From the NCBI GenBank assembly GCA_964036045.1, contig OZ038379.1, positions 20,398,001-20,462,000 on the forward strand: a DNA stretch of 64,000 nucleotides. The letters are read 5' to 3'. The stretch's first letter is position 1. The number at the start of each line of letters is the position of its first letter. Positions 23,601 through 35,853 of the stretch are shown here, piece by piece. The stretch comes from Eutreptiella sp. 'Long Island Sound 2002'. Its lineage: Eukaryota > Protista > Euglenida. The translations under genes and the position numbers were made by a program. Below the pieces are notes generated by a model. It saw nothing but the letters and a program-made list of their open reading frames with translations, was not told the origin of the DNA and searched no databases.

Positions 23601-24541
23601 GCATGCGTTGGAAAGTCGCATTTCGCAACATGTGGCTTAGCACCTGGGGACCATGGCAAGATACGGTGACGGAATGGTGGAACAGGGCGTCAGCGGCAGA
23701 CCTACACCATGTTGCCTGCCTTCGCATACCACAGTCCCTATGGGACCACATCCCCCGAACAATGCGGGTAGACCTCAGGGAGCGTGTGGCCTGGCACCAG
23801 TACCACGCCCTACATGGCGTATGCCAACTGCGCGGCCAACTCACCATGCCCCCCCGTGACCCACAGGTGCCGCCCACGCCCTCCACGGCGGTGCCGGCAT
23901 GGTACACAAAGCTGCGCTCACGAGCTGTACGACCGAACCCCACGGACTCTATCCTCCGCAATCAAGTAGGGTATACAGGGCCCCGGGAGAGAACACAGCG
24001 GCAGGATGGCCGCGCCTCTCAAGAGACGTCCCACCGTAGGGCTGCGCGCACATGGGACCGGCCGCAATCGTACTACACCCGGTCATGGGCGGTCAAATAT
24101 CTCGACCAGTGCCTCTGTCCCACTGCCGCGGACCCAGGGGCGCAACACGTAGCTTCGGCAATGCAGTATCTGGCCCAGCCTTGGTTTCTGCATCAACGTG
24201 CCGTTCTCGGGGCCTCACTGATGGTTTCATACCGCGACATGCTAGAGGACCTGGTGCGGCAATCACGGCACTGGCACACCCTCCTGCGGCGTGCTAGAGT
24301 GTGGACCACCTCCGCAGACCAGCACTACCAGCGGCATGACCGAAGGGTCCAACTCTTTTCGGTGATGAGCTAGTTGTGGGCATCCGAGCGCACGGCCCAC
24401 TGGGTGGAGCCCCCTCTACCTAAACGCCACTACCGCACAAGACCCGGCATCCTGGGCCAACGCCCGCCACCAGACATGGCCCCTACAAAGCGACGAAAGC
24501 TTGTCACTCTTGAAGACCTGTGGGGAATGGCACACACGTGA
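20609..24541 (+). pseudogene. LINE ORF2: end of APE endonuclease (GDHKAV), RT, RNase H, CCHC-like finger; two in-frame stops
   Basis: RT motifs YRPIS, LDIAKAY, GIKEGCPLSP, YVDD, YLG. RNase H motifs YSDGS, RAE, IDN, WIPSH, VD. ORFs 20408 and 22577 share a frame. TGA at 22538-22540 and TAG at 24371-24373 are each followed by an open frame, to TGA 24539-24541. Confidence 0.9.
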
Positions 24542-24774
24542 TGCAGCATGTTTAACCCCCTTAAATCTTACGCATTATAGGCTTGCCATATGGCGTGGCG
24601 GTTTTGCCTACCGCAACAGAGAGCCCTCTGTTATACGCATGTGAACTCTGGGTCTTTGCCATGTGCCCCGCTTTGCGGGGATCCACTGTATCATATGCTG
24701 GAGACGCCCACTTTCCCAAGCACAGTCTTGAGTACTCTTTGAACTTCTGGAGTCAGTCAAAAAAAAAAAAAAAA
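20609..24774 (+). mobile_element. 5'-truncated APE-type non-LTR retrotransposon (RT + RNase H) with poly(A) and 22-bp TSD
   Basis: GAAATCCCCCTTATCTAACGCC at 20587-20608 and 24775-24796. A16 tail at 24759-24774. Confidence 0.95.
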
Positions 24775-25227
24775 GAAATCCCCCTTATCTAACGCCGAAG
24801 CGCTTGGTACCGACACCCCAACCCCCACCCCACTATAGTCGCCACCTAGCCGGAGAGGGGTTAACAAGTGAAGCATCACACCCAAAATAGGGGTTGAGCC
24901 AACCTCCAGTGATGATCTCAGAGGAATTCACCCCACTATTCCTTTGGCGGGATGAGTCGCGGCTGTGCCCGGGGCCTAACACCTTTTTCATTGCATGGGT
25001 ACCTCTGATCAAGAAATGTCTAATGTAGAGGAGGATGCTCTGTCCTCCATTGTAGAATCGGGACGACTATATTACTGATTATCTCACAGATGTGTCGACG
25101 GAACTATTCTGAGCTAACAGTGAAGACTTCAGCACCGACGTCAGTTTAACAAGAAAACATCTCAGTCGTCAACCTCACCACGTGTCACAATAGCATATAG
25201 GAGCACTGTTGGGGGTACACAATCTTG

Positions 25228-25265
<38 letters not shown>

Positions 25266-25441
25266 ACCCCCACGCCCCAGAGGTTCTGGCTCAGGTGAGG
25301 CCCCCTACCGCGACCCGAGCAGGCCCCAGAGGCAGCTCCACAGCCCGTCAGGGTTGTAGTTTTCTGTCCTTTTCAAGTTGGCGCCTCAGGCGACCGCTGG
25401 GGGCCCTGGACCCATGCGGGCCTCCCTCTTTAATATTGTTC

Positions 25442-25497
<56 letters not shown>

Positions 25498-27482
25498 ATC
25501 CCGTGCCCTTTGCTCAAGGGTGGCAGAACAAGTTGGCCGCAGTAGTACCAGCAGCCCGCAAGCTTGACATGCATTCTTGGAGGGCAACGCCCCCAAGGAA
25601 CAATAGCATGTAGGCTAGAGGTTTTGGCTGACAAAACAAGGCTGAGCAATGGAGGTTCACTGGTGGCGGAGTGGTTTCATGTTTGAACTGCCGGACATTG
25701 TGGCATATGCATATGCAACCACGACGTGCATGTGTGGAGCGCTTTGCTGACCTGCTTGCGGCCCTGCTCTCATGCCCATGGACAACACTTGGCAGGTGAT
25801 GACACGGCGGCGGGGGGGTTGGGGGGCATGGAAATAAGGAGCCGGGTGACATGACACCAAGAATGCTGCCAATACAACTCCAATGTTTGCAGGGGTGGGA
25901 GAGTTTTTGCCGCCCCTGCGTGCTGATGACAAAATGATGGTTAAGGAATACCCCTTGGTCGGTACAGCCCATGGTATCATCAGCAACACCCCCTTTGAGA
26001 CACAAAACACTGCACAGGGTTTGATAATGGAGCTAGACGTGATATGAATTTCAGCCTCATCACTGTTAGAGATGGAATCAAACAGTTCCGCCTGCACCAT
26101 GTATGACATTCAGCTCATACCTGTGAAGAGGTGAACAGTGCAAATTGCCAATTTTGCACTTGTCATTTCGTCCTCTCCGGCCCATCAGCACACCCGCTCC
26201 CCCACCCAACCCATCAAATCCATGCATCACTCTTATGATTCGCTGGAAGGATATTGGGAAGGAATGCATATTAACAAAGTGCCACTCAAGGATGCGGTAT
26301 TGATAGGCCTTCCATGCGCCTGACTACATGAGCTGTGAATGAATTAGAAGGGCATTGAAATAGCTCTGGTTGGCAGCTTTGTCCAGGCACTGGGATGCGG
26401 CATGTTTGTCCAAACAGGGGGCGTATTGCGCGCTGAGCGCGTGCTGTGCACAAAGTTTGTACAGGACCATACCCAAGCTGCATAGTTGTCCCTAGTATCA
26501 CTATCAATGAGCCCTGTTATGCATTTGTTTGAGTTGCTGCATGCTTTGCCCTCATGTTTTGCATCCTTTCCCATAGTTTCATGGTATCTATCAAGAATTT
26601 GGATTTGGATTCCGAGTACGAAATATGGCTTGCGATGAGGAAGAAACGGACAGGTTGCGACAACATAAGGTGCGGAAGAAGTGGAAGGAGACTGAAAAGG
26701 TGGCATCACAATTGGCAGCGAAATCCTAAACTCCTAGTGTCTCGGAACTATTCCGGACACTGTGGTGAGGTTGTTGAGACAAACCTGAAAAAGGTTTGTG
26801 AATATATCAATATGGTGGTGGACGAGGTTTCGATGGTCTGACCGCTTAAACCGTTTTTATTAACGGCCCTCATTTCCCCTGCCTCGTGACCCACTTCACT
26901 GACTCTATGCCCATTAGCTCGACTGGCGGTGGCCTTGGGTGGCTTGGGGGGTGGGGGTGGGGTGAAACATCAGGCTGTCCAACATTGTGGGGGTGTAGTA
27001 TGGTTTGTATAAACAAGAATATTGCCAAAGGAAGCAAAAAACCCCAATTTCTTCCTGTCATGTGCGCGCTGTGCCCACGCTGTGCACACTGTGCCCGCGC
27101 TGTGCCCGCGCTGTGCACACACGCCCCCACAGACTGCGCTATTTGTGCCTAGTCCAGGAACATTTTCCTGAGCGCCTCGTTAAAACATCCCCCTGATTTG
27201 TACAAAAAAAGGTACAACCAGTGTACAGACTCCCACAAAAAGACGCTGGACAGCAACAGCCCAGTGGAAATGCCTGCAGGGCCAGCTGGTGTGTTTTATC
27301 ACCAACCTGTGACTTTGGTGGTTGACCATCGCATGCGCCCATTTCATGCAGGGCACTGCACTGAAAAGTCCGCACCAAGCATGTGCAGCCGCAGCATGCT
27401 GCAGCACCCGTTTTTTGGAGCTGCACATAGGGGTTTGGAAGCATGCCGCAGCATGCCGCAGCATCCAATTTTTTGAGTTCAT

Positions 27483-28010
27483 GTGTCTGTCTGCCTGCTC
27501 CTGCTCTGTTTGCACGTGAGACATTCTGCCTGCCCCATGTCTCCCCAGTTTGTTTTTACTTGTCTTGTCATGAGTCAGTCATCTGTACCAACAACATCCA
27601 GTCAACAGTCAACACCAAGCACACCACTTTCCCAATCAGATGGGAAAATTCTGCTGGGGAATGGGAACGTCAACCTGGCACACATGCACGCAAGGCTGCA
27701 CTACAGCCCCCACCCATTTGTGTGGAGGCACCACCACAGCCAAACCCCACGATCATTGTCAACGTCTCACGGCCAGAACCAGCTGAACCTGAGTGCAGCC
27801 AAAAAAGACAATTTTCCTACGTTGAGTAGCATTGCTGTTTTCTTTGTCCGACGACCACGCTCTGCTTGCCATGTTGAGCGAACGTTCAGTTTGATGGGCC
27901 ACATCCAAACAAAGGACCGTTTGTGTATGGGCAACAACACTTTGCACCATTTGGCTATGATGTATGTCAACAAACCCACTACAGACGATCCGGATGGTGA
28001 AAGTGATTAA
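27483..28010 (+). pseudogene. hAT transposase C-terminal dimerisation-domain remnant
   Basis: FPTLSSIAVFFVRRPRSACHVERTFSLMGHIQTKDRLCMGNNTLHHLAMMYVN. Flanked by repeated GCATGCCGCA motifs at 27440-27462 and 28097-28125. Confidence 0.8.
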
Positions 28011-28520
28011 TTCGGCCCAACAGTGTTGTGCATGTTGTCTCTTGTTTGTGAGTTCAATTTCCCACAGAAGCGCAGGTACCCACATGTGCAGGTGGAAGCA
28101 TGCCGCAGCATGCCGCAGCATGCCGCGGCACAAGAAATTTTTCCGAGGGACCGCACATGCTTGGTCCGCACATTTTTGCAGCCTCCTGTTTCCAGCTCCC
28201 CCTTTCAGCCTTTCAGCAAGTGCACAACAGAAGCAGGCAGAAGGAAACAGCCACATTGGAATCATCATGATTTCAATGCAACTGGGACCATCTTGTGATT
28301 TGCATGGGTTATGCTAATTCCCACTCGGGCAGCCAAGCCATCACCAGTGACTGAAATTCATGAGAGAAAGATATGTAGCCGTGCGCAGTTGGTGGAGGAG
28401 CGCGTTACATGTCTCGCATCAATTAGTGTGCTTGAAACCAAAAAATAGGTCGTCTCTGAGATGCTCTGTGAACTCTAGACTGGCCAAGTGTATCCCCCCA
28501 CACCCTTGTTACTTTTCTTT

Positions 28521-28546
28521 ACTTTCAGAGTGCCCTCTTTTTTTGC
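28521..28546 (+). promoter_or_regulatory. Decayed spliced-leader-like relic / pyrimidine tract upstream of PIN1
   Basis: ACTTTCAGAGTGCCCTCTTTTTTT is 19/24 identical to the euglenid SL ACTTTCTGAGTGTCTATTTTTTTT(CG), as recalled from the literature. Ends 12-14 nt before the ATG. Confidence 0.55.
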
Positions 28547-28558
28547 CCTTTGTCAAGC

Positions 28559-28903
28559 ATGTCGAAGGTTCAAGCCTCTCATTTGCTCATCAAGCACCAA
28601 GGGTCTCGCAACCCTGTGTCCCGTCGCACCGGCCAAAGCACTGCTGGAACGACGAAGGAAGCTGCTATTGCGGAACTGCAGGAATATGAGAAGAAGATCA
28701 AGTCTGGTGAGCTTGATTTTGCCAAGGCGGCGACCGCGCGTAGTGATTGCGGTAGCTTCAAAGCGGGCGGAGATCTTGGACCTTTTGGCCGGGGCGAGAT
28801 GCAGAAGCCCTTTGAGGATGCCACCTTTGCCTTGAACGTGGGCGAAATGAGCGGCGTCGTAGACACCGACTCGGGCGTGCACTTGATTCTCCGGACTGCG
28901 TAA
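28559..28903 (+). CDS. PIN1: Pin1-type parvulin peptidyl-prolyl isomerase, single domain without WW, intronless, 114 aa
   Basis: [48 protein letters not shown] and TDSGVHLI motifs. Architecture as in trypanosomatid/plant Pin1. Confidence 0.97.
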   Translation: MSKVQASHLLIKHQGSRNPVSRRTGQSTAGTTKEAAIAELQEYEKKIKSGELDFAKAATARSDCGSFKAGGDLGPFGRGEMQKPFEDATFALNVGEMSGVVDTDSGVHLILRTA

Positions 28904-31308
28904 GTTTTGCTAGGCTCGTTTATTGCAAGGCAGGCAGGTGAAAGTGAGTCCCGAACTCTTGGGCCTTTTGGGGCTCACGCAGGCATTCGGCATTGCTGTA
29001 CGGGATACACGGCCCTGTTTACTAGCAGTCCTATCGTTTTAATCATTTTGTGCATCGCTTCCAAGTGCATGACCAGTGGTGGGCATATTGCTTACTGTCT
29101 GAATTGGCATTGTATGGAACTCGAAGTTTCAAGGTCTTTGCATTTGGCAAGGCACCGCGTAGTCTCCGTTTCATTGTACCGAATTTTCGCCATAAATGGC
29201 GTGATCAGCGACGTTCACAATCTGTTAGCAATCATAATCAGGGATAAATGAAGGAGCACGGTTCATAATGTGAATCCTTGTTCAAGCCTCCCTCGAGACC
29301 AACCACGTTGAGGGGCCGCATCAATTCTGTGCGTCATTGAATTTGGCACCATTTGAAGGGAAGCCAGCGACGTCCAAGTTTGTGCACAGCATTGTATCTT
29401 TCCTGATCTTTGGCAGACATTGTACATTGTCGACATCGTTACGAGATTGCTAAACCGCCGCAGTGCTACGTACACATGGGTCCGCCAAGGAATCAGACAA
29501 TCTTTGGCACACCCCGCCCCCCCCCCCCCCCTGTGTGCCATGCACAGCTCTGCCGCACTCAGGCTCCAGGGTCCAAAAACCTTCCGAGCACAGAAACATC
29601 GGGAATCACTGAGCAGCCGGTTGGCAACAGATTCAGCTGATTGGGTAACAACGCTGGCTGGTTGACATGATAGGTTTCAGAGTTTTATTTTTTGCTCATC
29701 CTCACTACGTGTCAGATCTGCCACCACAGTCATTGGTGGGACTATCGCAGAACTGGACAGCTCTGAACCTTGATCGAGAGACTCATCTCGAGTAGCTCAT
29801 CTTGGTCTGCCTCCCCCAAAAAGAATAGGGTTCAGATTTTTGCATGCCCGTTCCCTGGACCTGTTTGCCCATCACTGGGCAGGGATCCTACCCTGACCCT
29901 GGTAGGGCCCCAGTTTGTACAGTGGTTGGGGGTCCAGCGGACAGTGATGGCAGGTGCAGAGTAGGCCCAAGAGTTGTGATCTAACTGGACGCGCAACACA
30001 AAAGGACCTCCTTGGGGGAGGTGGGGGTGATAGCTACAGATGGGGGAAATTAGGTCAAATGACCAATTGGCAGGGCTACAGACTCCCAGTTCGCTGCTCG
30101 TTGGGGCCTCCCCTGAAGTGTAAAACTGCAGACCCCTTTAGGAAATAGGCTGGAATGGAAGAATGGTGGCACCCATAATTTACGTGGGGCTTGTGGAAAT
30201 CCGTCCATTCATCTTGGAGTGTCCTCTTGAAATATCTAGGGGTAGCTGGAGTGGGGTCCTGAGCGTAGTGCTTGTGCAATGCAGCTATTCGGCCACTGGG
30301 AATTTAAGAACCTGCAGTCTCTGTCACTTGTGGGACAACATAATGTATTCGCCCACTACCACTCAAAAGATGCCTGCAAATGTGGTATTGTATGGTTCTA
30401 TCTGCGAGGGGATGGTGTATAGGGCATGTTAGTCTCTCAGATAATTTGTAGACACATAAAGGAACCACTTGCAGGGGTTAGCAACAGGGTAGGAGTTAAC
30501 AAAGCACATTGGGCCCCCACAGTCACTCATAGCATCCTAAAAGTATGGGCAGGAGGTACACTAGAGAGCGCCAAAGGAATTTTGGCCACAGGAATGTAGA
30601 AACCAAGAGATAGCTACACAAATGTAGGCAAACCCGCGACAACTAGAGAAACTGAGTCGGCAGATGAGAGACAAATTGATTGCGGGGATGGTGTGGACTA
30701 GATCATTAGATCCAAGAATGCAGTCAGATTAGAGATCGGCAGCCATATGAAAGTCGACCTTGGTATGAGAGATAAAAGCTGTTTTTGTGTGTGGGGTCAT
30801 GGTTCACTGTGGACGAAGACAGAACGGATGGCTTCAAGGCTGCTAGAAATCTCATGGTTGAATGTGGAGTGCCCCTGCCCGCCCAAGCAACGTGCAAAGC
30901 GGGGTCAGATCATTGTATACGGGGTCGGTGACAGTCCCAGCGCTCAGTGAGTCTAAACCAGTGAGTCTAGGTGAGTCAGCCCTCACCACTCAGCGAGTCT
31001 AAACCAAGAGAGGGGTGCACTCGTTTTGTTGAACTGATGTTTGTTTCATAAACATAGGATTGATGTTTATCATAAACATAGGAGTACTGTGTGCAGGCCA
31101 TATCAGATGAGAGGTTGGCAGGGATGTTGTGACCAAGATGTAAAACATGTAATCACAAAGATAAACAGGCAAAGGGGAATGTTAGAATCTGGTGGCATTG
31201 CAGTTATTTTGCTGAAGGGTGGTAACAGAGTCACGCGTGTCTTTGCAAATCCTGCAATAATTCAGGGCCGAGCTTGCCTCTTTGTTTTATTGGGCCACCA
31301 TCTTGACA

Positions 31309-31574
31309 ATGGGTCGCCCGGTCGAATTGGAGCAGCACGGGGTCCCTATTGTCATCAATGTGTACCGTATCTCCAACATTATCTTACATAAGATGGGTAT
31401 CCGCATCTACCACTCTGCCGTGGAGATTTGTGGCAAGGAATGGTCGTTCGGAGGCAGTGCCATCCCAGATGACTCTTTTGCGCACTTGCGGTCCGGCATT
31501 TTTTGGATTCCGCCGAAGGAAAACAAAGAAGATTTGTTGCATGAACTTAAGGTTGGGACAACACCGCTGTCAAG
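31309..31574 (+). CDS. PPPDE/DeSI desumoylating isopeptidase, exon 1
   Basis: VINVY...IYHSAVEICGKEWSFGG (catalytic His). Donor AG|gtacgt, phase 2. Confidence 0.9.
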
Positions 31575-32009
31575 GTACGTTTCTTCCATTGGTCTCATCA
31601 TTGCTTCAGGACAACATGCAGTTATTGCGAGGGGTTATCGATGAGGAGGTTGAGAGCGCCTGTGTGGGGGGATGCCATGGCAAAGGCTCGCAAGAAGTGA
31701 GAGATGGCGTAGGAGCAGTGTTCCTTCCTTGATTCTTGTCGCTCTCTCTTCTCCTTGCAAGCCGCTACCGCGTTGATCTATCAGCCCTCAGGTGATCCTG
31801 ATCACAGATGCCGCCCAGGTTCCGTTCCTTATCTGCTTGGGTCCACAACAAGTCTCAGGCCGTCGTCAGGCCTGCGAGGGTTAGATTCCAGGGCAATCCC
31901 ACAACGTCCCAGGGTGGAGTTGGGATGGCTTTAGGCATCAGCTGAGTGTGGGTACAAGTGGAACTGGGGTCTTCTGTCTGGAGTGCTGTCTCGCGGAAAA
32001 AGGATTTCA

Positions 32010-33220
32010 CATGGGGTTGTACGTCAGGTTGGTGTGAAAATAAGTTTTGGCATTAGCATCTAAAACCATGCCCTTGGTTGGGGATTCTAGGCCGGATAAT
32101 GATGACGGATGGGCAAAGGATTCCAAAATCAGACAGGCTGAATCTGAACTGAGTACAAAAACCACCTATACTGTTGTGTCAGCGCTAGTTTGGAGCTGAC
32201 CCGGTTTCATGTCAGGTTGGTGTGAAAATGAATCTTCGCCTGAGATGGTGACCTGGAGTGGGGATTGGATCATGGATGATGGTGATGCATGGTCCATAAA
32301 TCGAAAATACTGAATTACTTCCGAAAAATCACCCATGCTGTTGTGTCTGCAGTGTATGGAGTGGACTTGTTTTGTCGTCAGGTTGGTGTGAAATTGACTT
32401 TTGGCCCGAGAATCTAAATTCGTGACTCTAATTGGGGATGGCAGGATGGATGATGGTGATGGATGATCACAAAATCGGAAGTCCTGTACCTGAACTAATT
32501 CAAAAAAATCACCCATACCGTTCCATTTGCAGTATTTTGGAGTGGACCTGTTTCGACGGCATTTTGGTGTGAAAGTGAGTTTTGGTCTCAGAAACGAAAA
32601 TGGTGATCCTGATTGGGGATTGCAGATGATCCCCCTACTGAATCTGGACTAATTCCAAAAACAACTGTTGTGTCTGCAGCAGTCTAGACTGGAGCTTCTG
32701 TAACGTAAGTTTCAGTTTCGAGTGAAAGTGAGTTTTGGCCTAAAAATCTAAAATGTTGACCCTGATTGGGGATTGGATGGTGGATGGTGATGATGGATGA
32801 TCCCAAAATAAGAGATGCTGAATCTGAAATAGTTCCAAAAACTACCTGTACTGTTGTGTCTGAAGTAGTAGTGAAGTAACGGGCCTCTTTTGACGTCAGG
32901 TTGATGTGAAAGGGAAATTTGGCCTGATCTAAAATTATGACCCCGATTTCGGATGGGATGATGGCTGATGATGATGGAAGATCCCAAAGTGGGAAATGCT
33001 GAATCTCAACGAATGCCAAAAACCAGCTACTGCCGTGTCTGCATGTCTCATGTGGTCCAATGTGTCTGCATGTCTAATGTAGTCTAATGTTGACCTGCCT
33101 TGAAGTCTGTTTAGTGTGAAAGTTAGTTGGACGTGAGAGTCTAAAATCGTGAATTGGATGCTGCTGCTGCATGATTCCAAACTGGGCAATGCTGAATCTG
33201 AACTTGTTCGAAAAATCACC
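32010..33220. repeat. Degenerate ~155-210-bp tandem repeat in PPPDE intron 1, resuming after the TIR element at 34125-34200
   Basis: (CAGG/GT)TTGGTGTGAAA-like core near 32025, 32212, 32379, 32562, 32720, 32897, 33112 and 34170. Confidence 0.75.
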
Positions 33221-33222
33221 TA

Positions 33223-34122
33223 CCCTCCCCCCCCCTTGCAAAGTCCCCTCCCTTGCAAAGTCCCCCCCCCCCCCCCGGGACACCGTCACTTCCATGTTTT
33301 TCTAGTTAAAATGAATTGTGCTGGTTTGTGTTGCCCATCTGCTTTGCGCATGGCCTTGCATTGCTTTCCCAGTACTACAAATCAAGCACCTGTGTATGTT
33401 CTGTGATATTCTCTCTCCAAAGGCGTTGTATGGGTGTGTTGTGTTGCCACTTCAGACCCAAGATGTTTTCTCCCGGAGACCATGTACGGTACCACTCACG
33501 CACACTTGGTGCACATGTGTTGGCCACTGTTGTGGGGCCTTCGCCAAATGGGATGCAGTTTTGCCACATTCGGTACATACACCCTGGTGGGGTCACTCCG
33601 GTGGATCATGAGAGTGCTCAACTGTCAAGGCTAGAGGCTGTGGCGGTTGAATCCCCCAAGTCGGTGGCTGCCCCCAAGGCAAGAGGAAAGGCTGCCCCCC
33701 AGCCAAGAGGAAAGCCAGCTGGTTTGGCTGTGCAAGCGGGCGCTAAAGCGGCTGCCAAACCAGCCCCGCGCGCCATTGCCTCCTCCTCCTCGGCCAGTGC
33801 AACACACCCCGTGCCTGTCATGCAAACCGAGCATGTGCAACAATTCAAAGTGTGTTATTCTCGTACCCAGAAGTTCTTTACCGTTCCTTTGAATCCTCAA
33901 TAACATTTGTGTTGGATGAAACACATTGGCACCGCATCAACGCGAAAGTCGCTTCACACGTGTTCTCTTTGCTTGCGTCAGTGGAGGGTACCACAGTTTG
34001 CCTTGAGATACCCTTGCAATCTCCCCCCCCCCCCCGGGACACCGTCACTTGGTGACCGTCTCCCCCCCCCACCCGGGAGACCGTCGCGCGCTACCCCGGG
34101 ACTTTGCAAGGGGGGGGGAGGG
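33223..34122 (+). mobile_element. 900-bp TIR element with TA TSD carrying a non-transposase ORF
   Basis: 25-bp perfect TIR CCCTCCCCCCCCCTTGCAAAGTCCC. TA at 33221-33222 and 34123-34124. The empty site AAAAATCACC-TA-CATTGTTGTGT matches the satellite unit. Confidence 0.9.
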
Positions 34123-34863
34123 TACATTGTTGTGTACAATATTCCAGAGTGCGCTTATTTTGAGGTCTGTTTGGTGTGAAAGTGAGTTTTGGTGCATGCG
34201 TGGTGGTCTTCTTTGAACCTCTTTGAGATGCCTTGCCGAAGGCAATAGAATTCGCCTGATATGCCACGCTCCTTCGACCAATACCCCCTTGTTGCATTTA
34301 GGTGAGGTTCGAGAGGTTGCAGAGTGTTAAGGAGGGTTGCATATGCCATCGCAATTTCCCGCAGTTTCCCGGAATTTTTCGCAATGAGTTTGGACCCTCC
34401 GTGAGCGCAATCCCATCCCCCCCCCCGCCGAGATTAGTGTTGCTGATCATGCAGCACATATTGAGAATTTCAAAGGAGGCGAGCGATGGCTGGCAGCCGT
34501 GGGATGATCCCCACATCCAACAGGATCCCTCACCTTCAGACAGCCACGTAAGGTATTGTTCGGCCTGCGTTGCCCAGTTCAAACTCGACTGCGAAGAATG
34601 GTATGAGGAAATGTACAGTGTTGTGGTTTTGTGGGACTGCTATTGCAAGTCCGCGAGGCAGATCTGCCCAAGGGTCCAATGGGGACACAAAGGCAAAGCA
34701 CTGGACACTGGGTGCTGACACGGCAACCAGCCTCCATGGAACAGCCCCCCCCCCCCCCGCCCCCCCCCGTAAAAGAACCTCTTTCCAATTCCGCCTCCCC
34801 CTTTATGTCTCGCTGGCCTGCCCTGTCAAAGCAAATGAATGCCTCTCCACCGTCGCTCTCCAG

Positions 34864-35095
34864 GACCGAGATCGACATTGTGTTGGACCGCCTGCACGAC
34901 TCTGTTGAGTGGCGAATGGACAAATATGACCCGTTCACCTGCAACTGCAACCACTTCGCACATGCGCTCTTGAAGGCGCTAAATCCAGAGCTTCGCTTCC
35001 CCTCCTGGATCAACCGCCTGGCGAATCTGGGCGATATGGTGATTCCACAGTGGACACGCCAGTTTTTGATGCTGCGGTCCCGGTCCAGTATTGAG
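34864..35095 (+). CDS. PPPDE/DeSI isopeptidase, exon 2
   Basis: ctctccag|G acceptor in phase with exon 1. YDPFTCNCNHFAHAL...FPSWINRLA (catalytic Cys). Donor GAG|gtagac. Confidence 0.9.
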
Positions 35096-35796
35096 GTAGA
35101 CCCTGAGTGCACGACTCCCAGCCAGAGTTTCTTTTCAGTTTCCATTCTGGTAGAGTGGAGGATGGGATGTGTACAGGACGCCATCACTCGGGCACTGATC
35201 CTCTGGGTGGCCGCAGTGGGCGGATTGGGGGTTGTTTTGTATACTGCATGATGATCTTTTTTTCCATCTTGTCCAATGATGATCTCTGAGGATGCTGTCT
35301 CCTGTGCTAAACACGCATCCTGGTTTCGTTTGCGTCGGTGTTTTTGTGGCTGCTCACCTCCCCCCATCCCCCCCTCTCCCCTCAAGAAGAAAAAAATTAG
35401 TCTGCAGCGCTTCCATGAAGATTGCGAGAAAGGACCGCCACAGTTGCAAGCCAGAGCGGAGAGAGTGGTTTGGCAAGCAACCCATCGACAATTTCCACCC
35501 CCACGCAGCACCTCCACACGTACACACCCCCACGCACAGACACAGACCTGGACATAGCAGACACAAGTGATGCTGACGGTCCGGTCGGCACACATGACAC
35601 GCTTACGCCCGCACACATGTTCAGCCTGGCCTCGCTTTGACATTCCCAGCCCATCCTGCTGTTGGAAATGCTTTACAGCCGCAGCGGTACACAGTACAGT
35701 AAAATGCGTTCGCCGCAACTGCCCCGCTGCCCCAACTCCGCATTGCCGCAGCAAAGCCCCGCTTCATAGCACTTTAATGCGATGGTGTCCTTCCAG

Positions 35797-35853
35797 GTAC
35801 CCACGGCTTTCAGTCCTGAGGAGCTGCAGCAGCAGGCACAGTACGATGCACAG
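35797..35853 (+). CDS. PPPDE/DeSI gene, probable exon 3
   Basis: ccttccag|GTA...CAG|gtgtgg, phase 0-0, VPTAFSPEELQQQAQYDAQ. Confidence 0.6.

Noticed and set aside
25227-25497. (CA)n tracts, also (CACC)n at 14270-14345 and (GGAT)n at 4158-4184
   Set aside because: Ordinary microsatellites.
25657-26109. Mariner transposase remnant (VFCVSKGVLL)
   Set aside because: Only one loose motif, no DD34D pattern and no TIRs.
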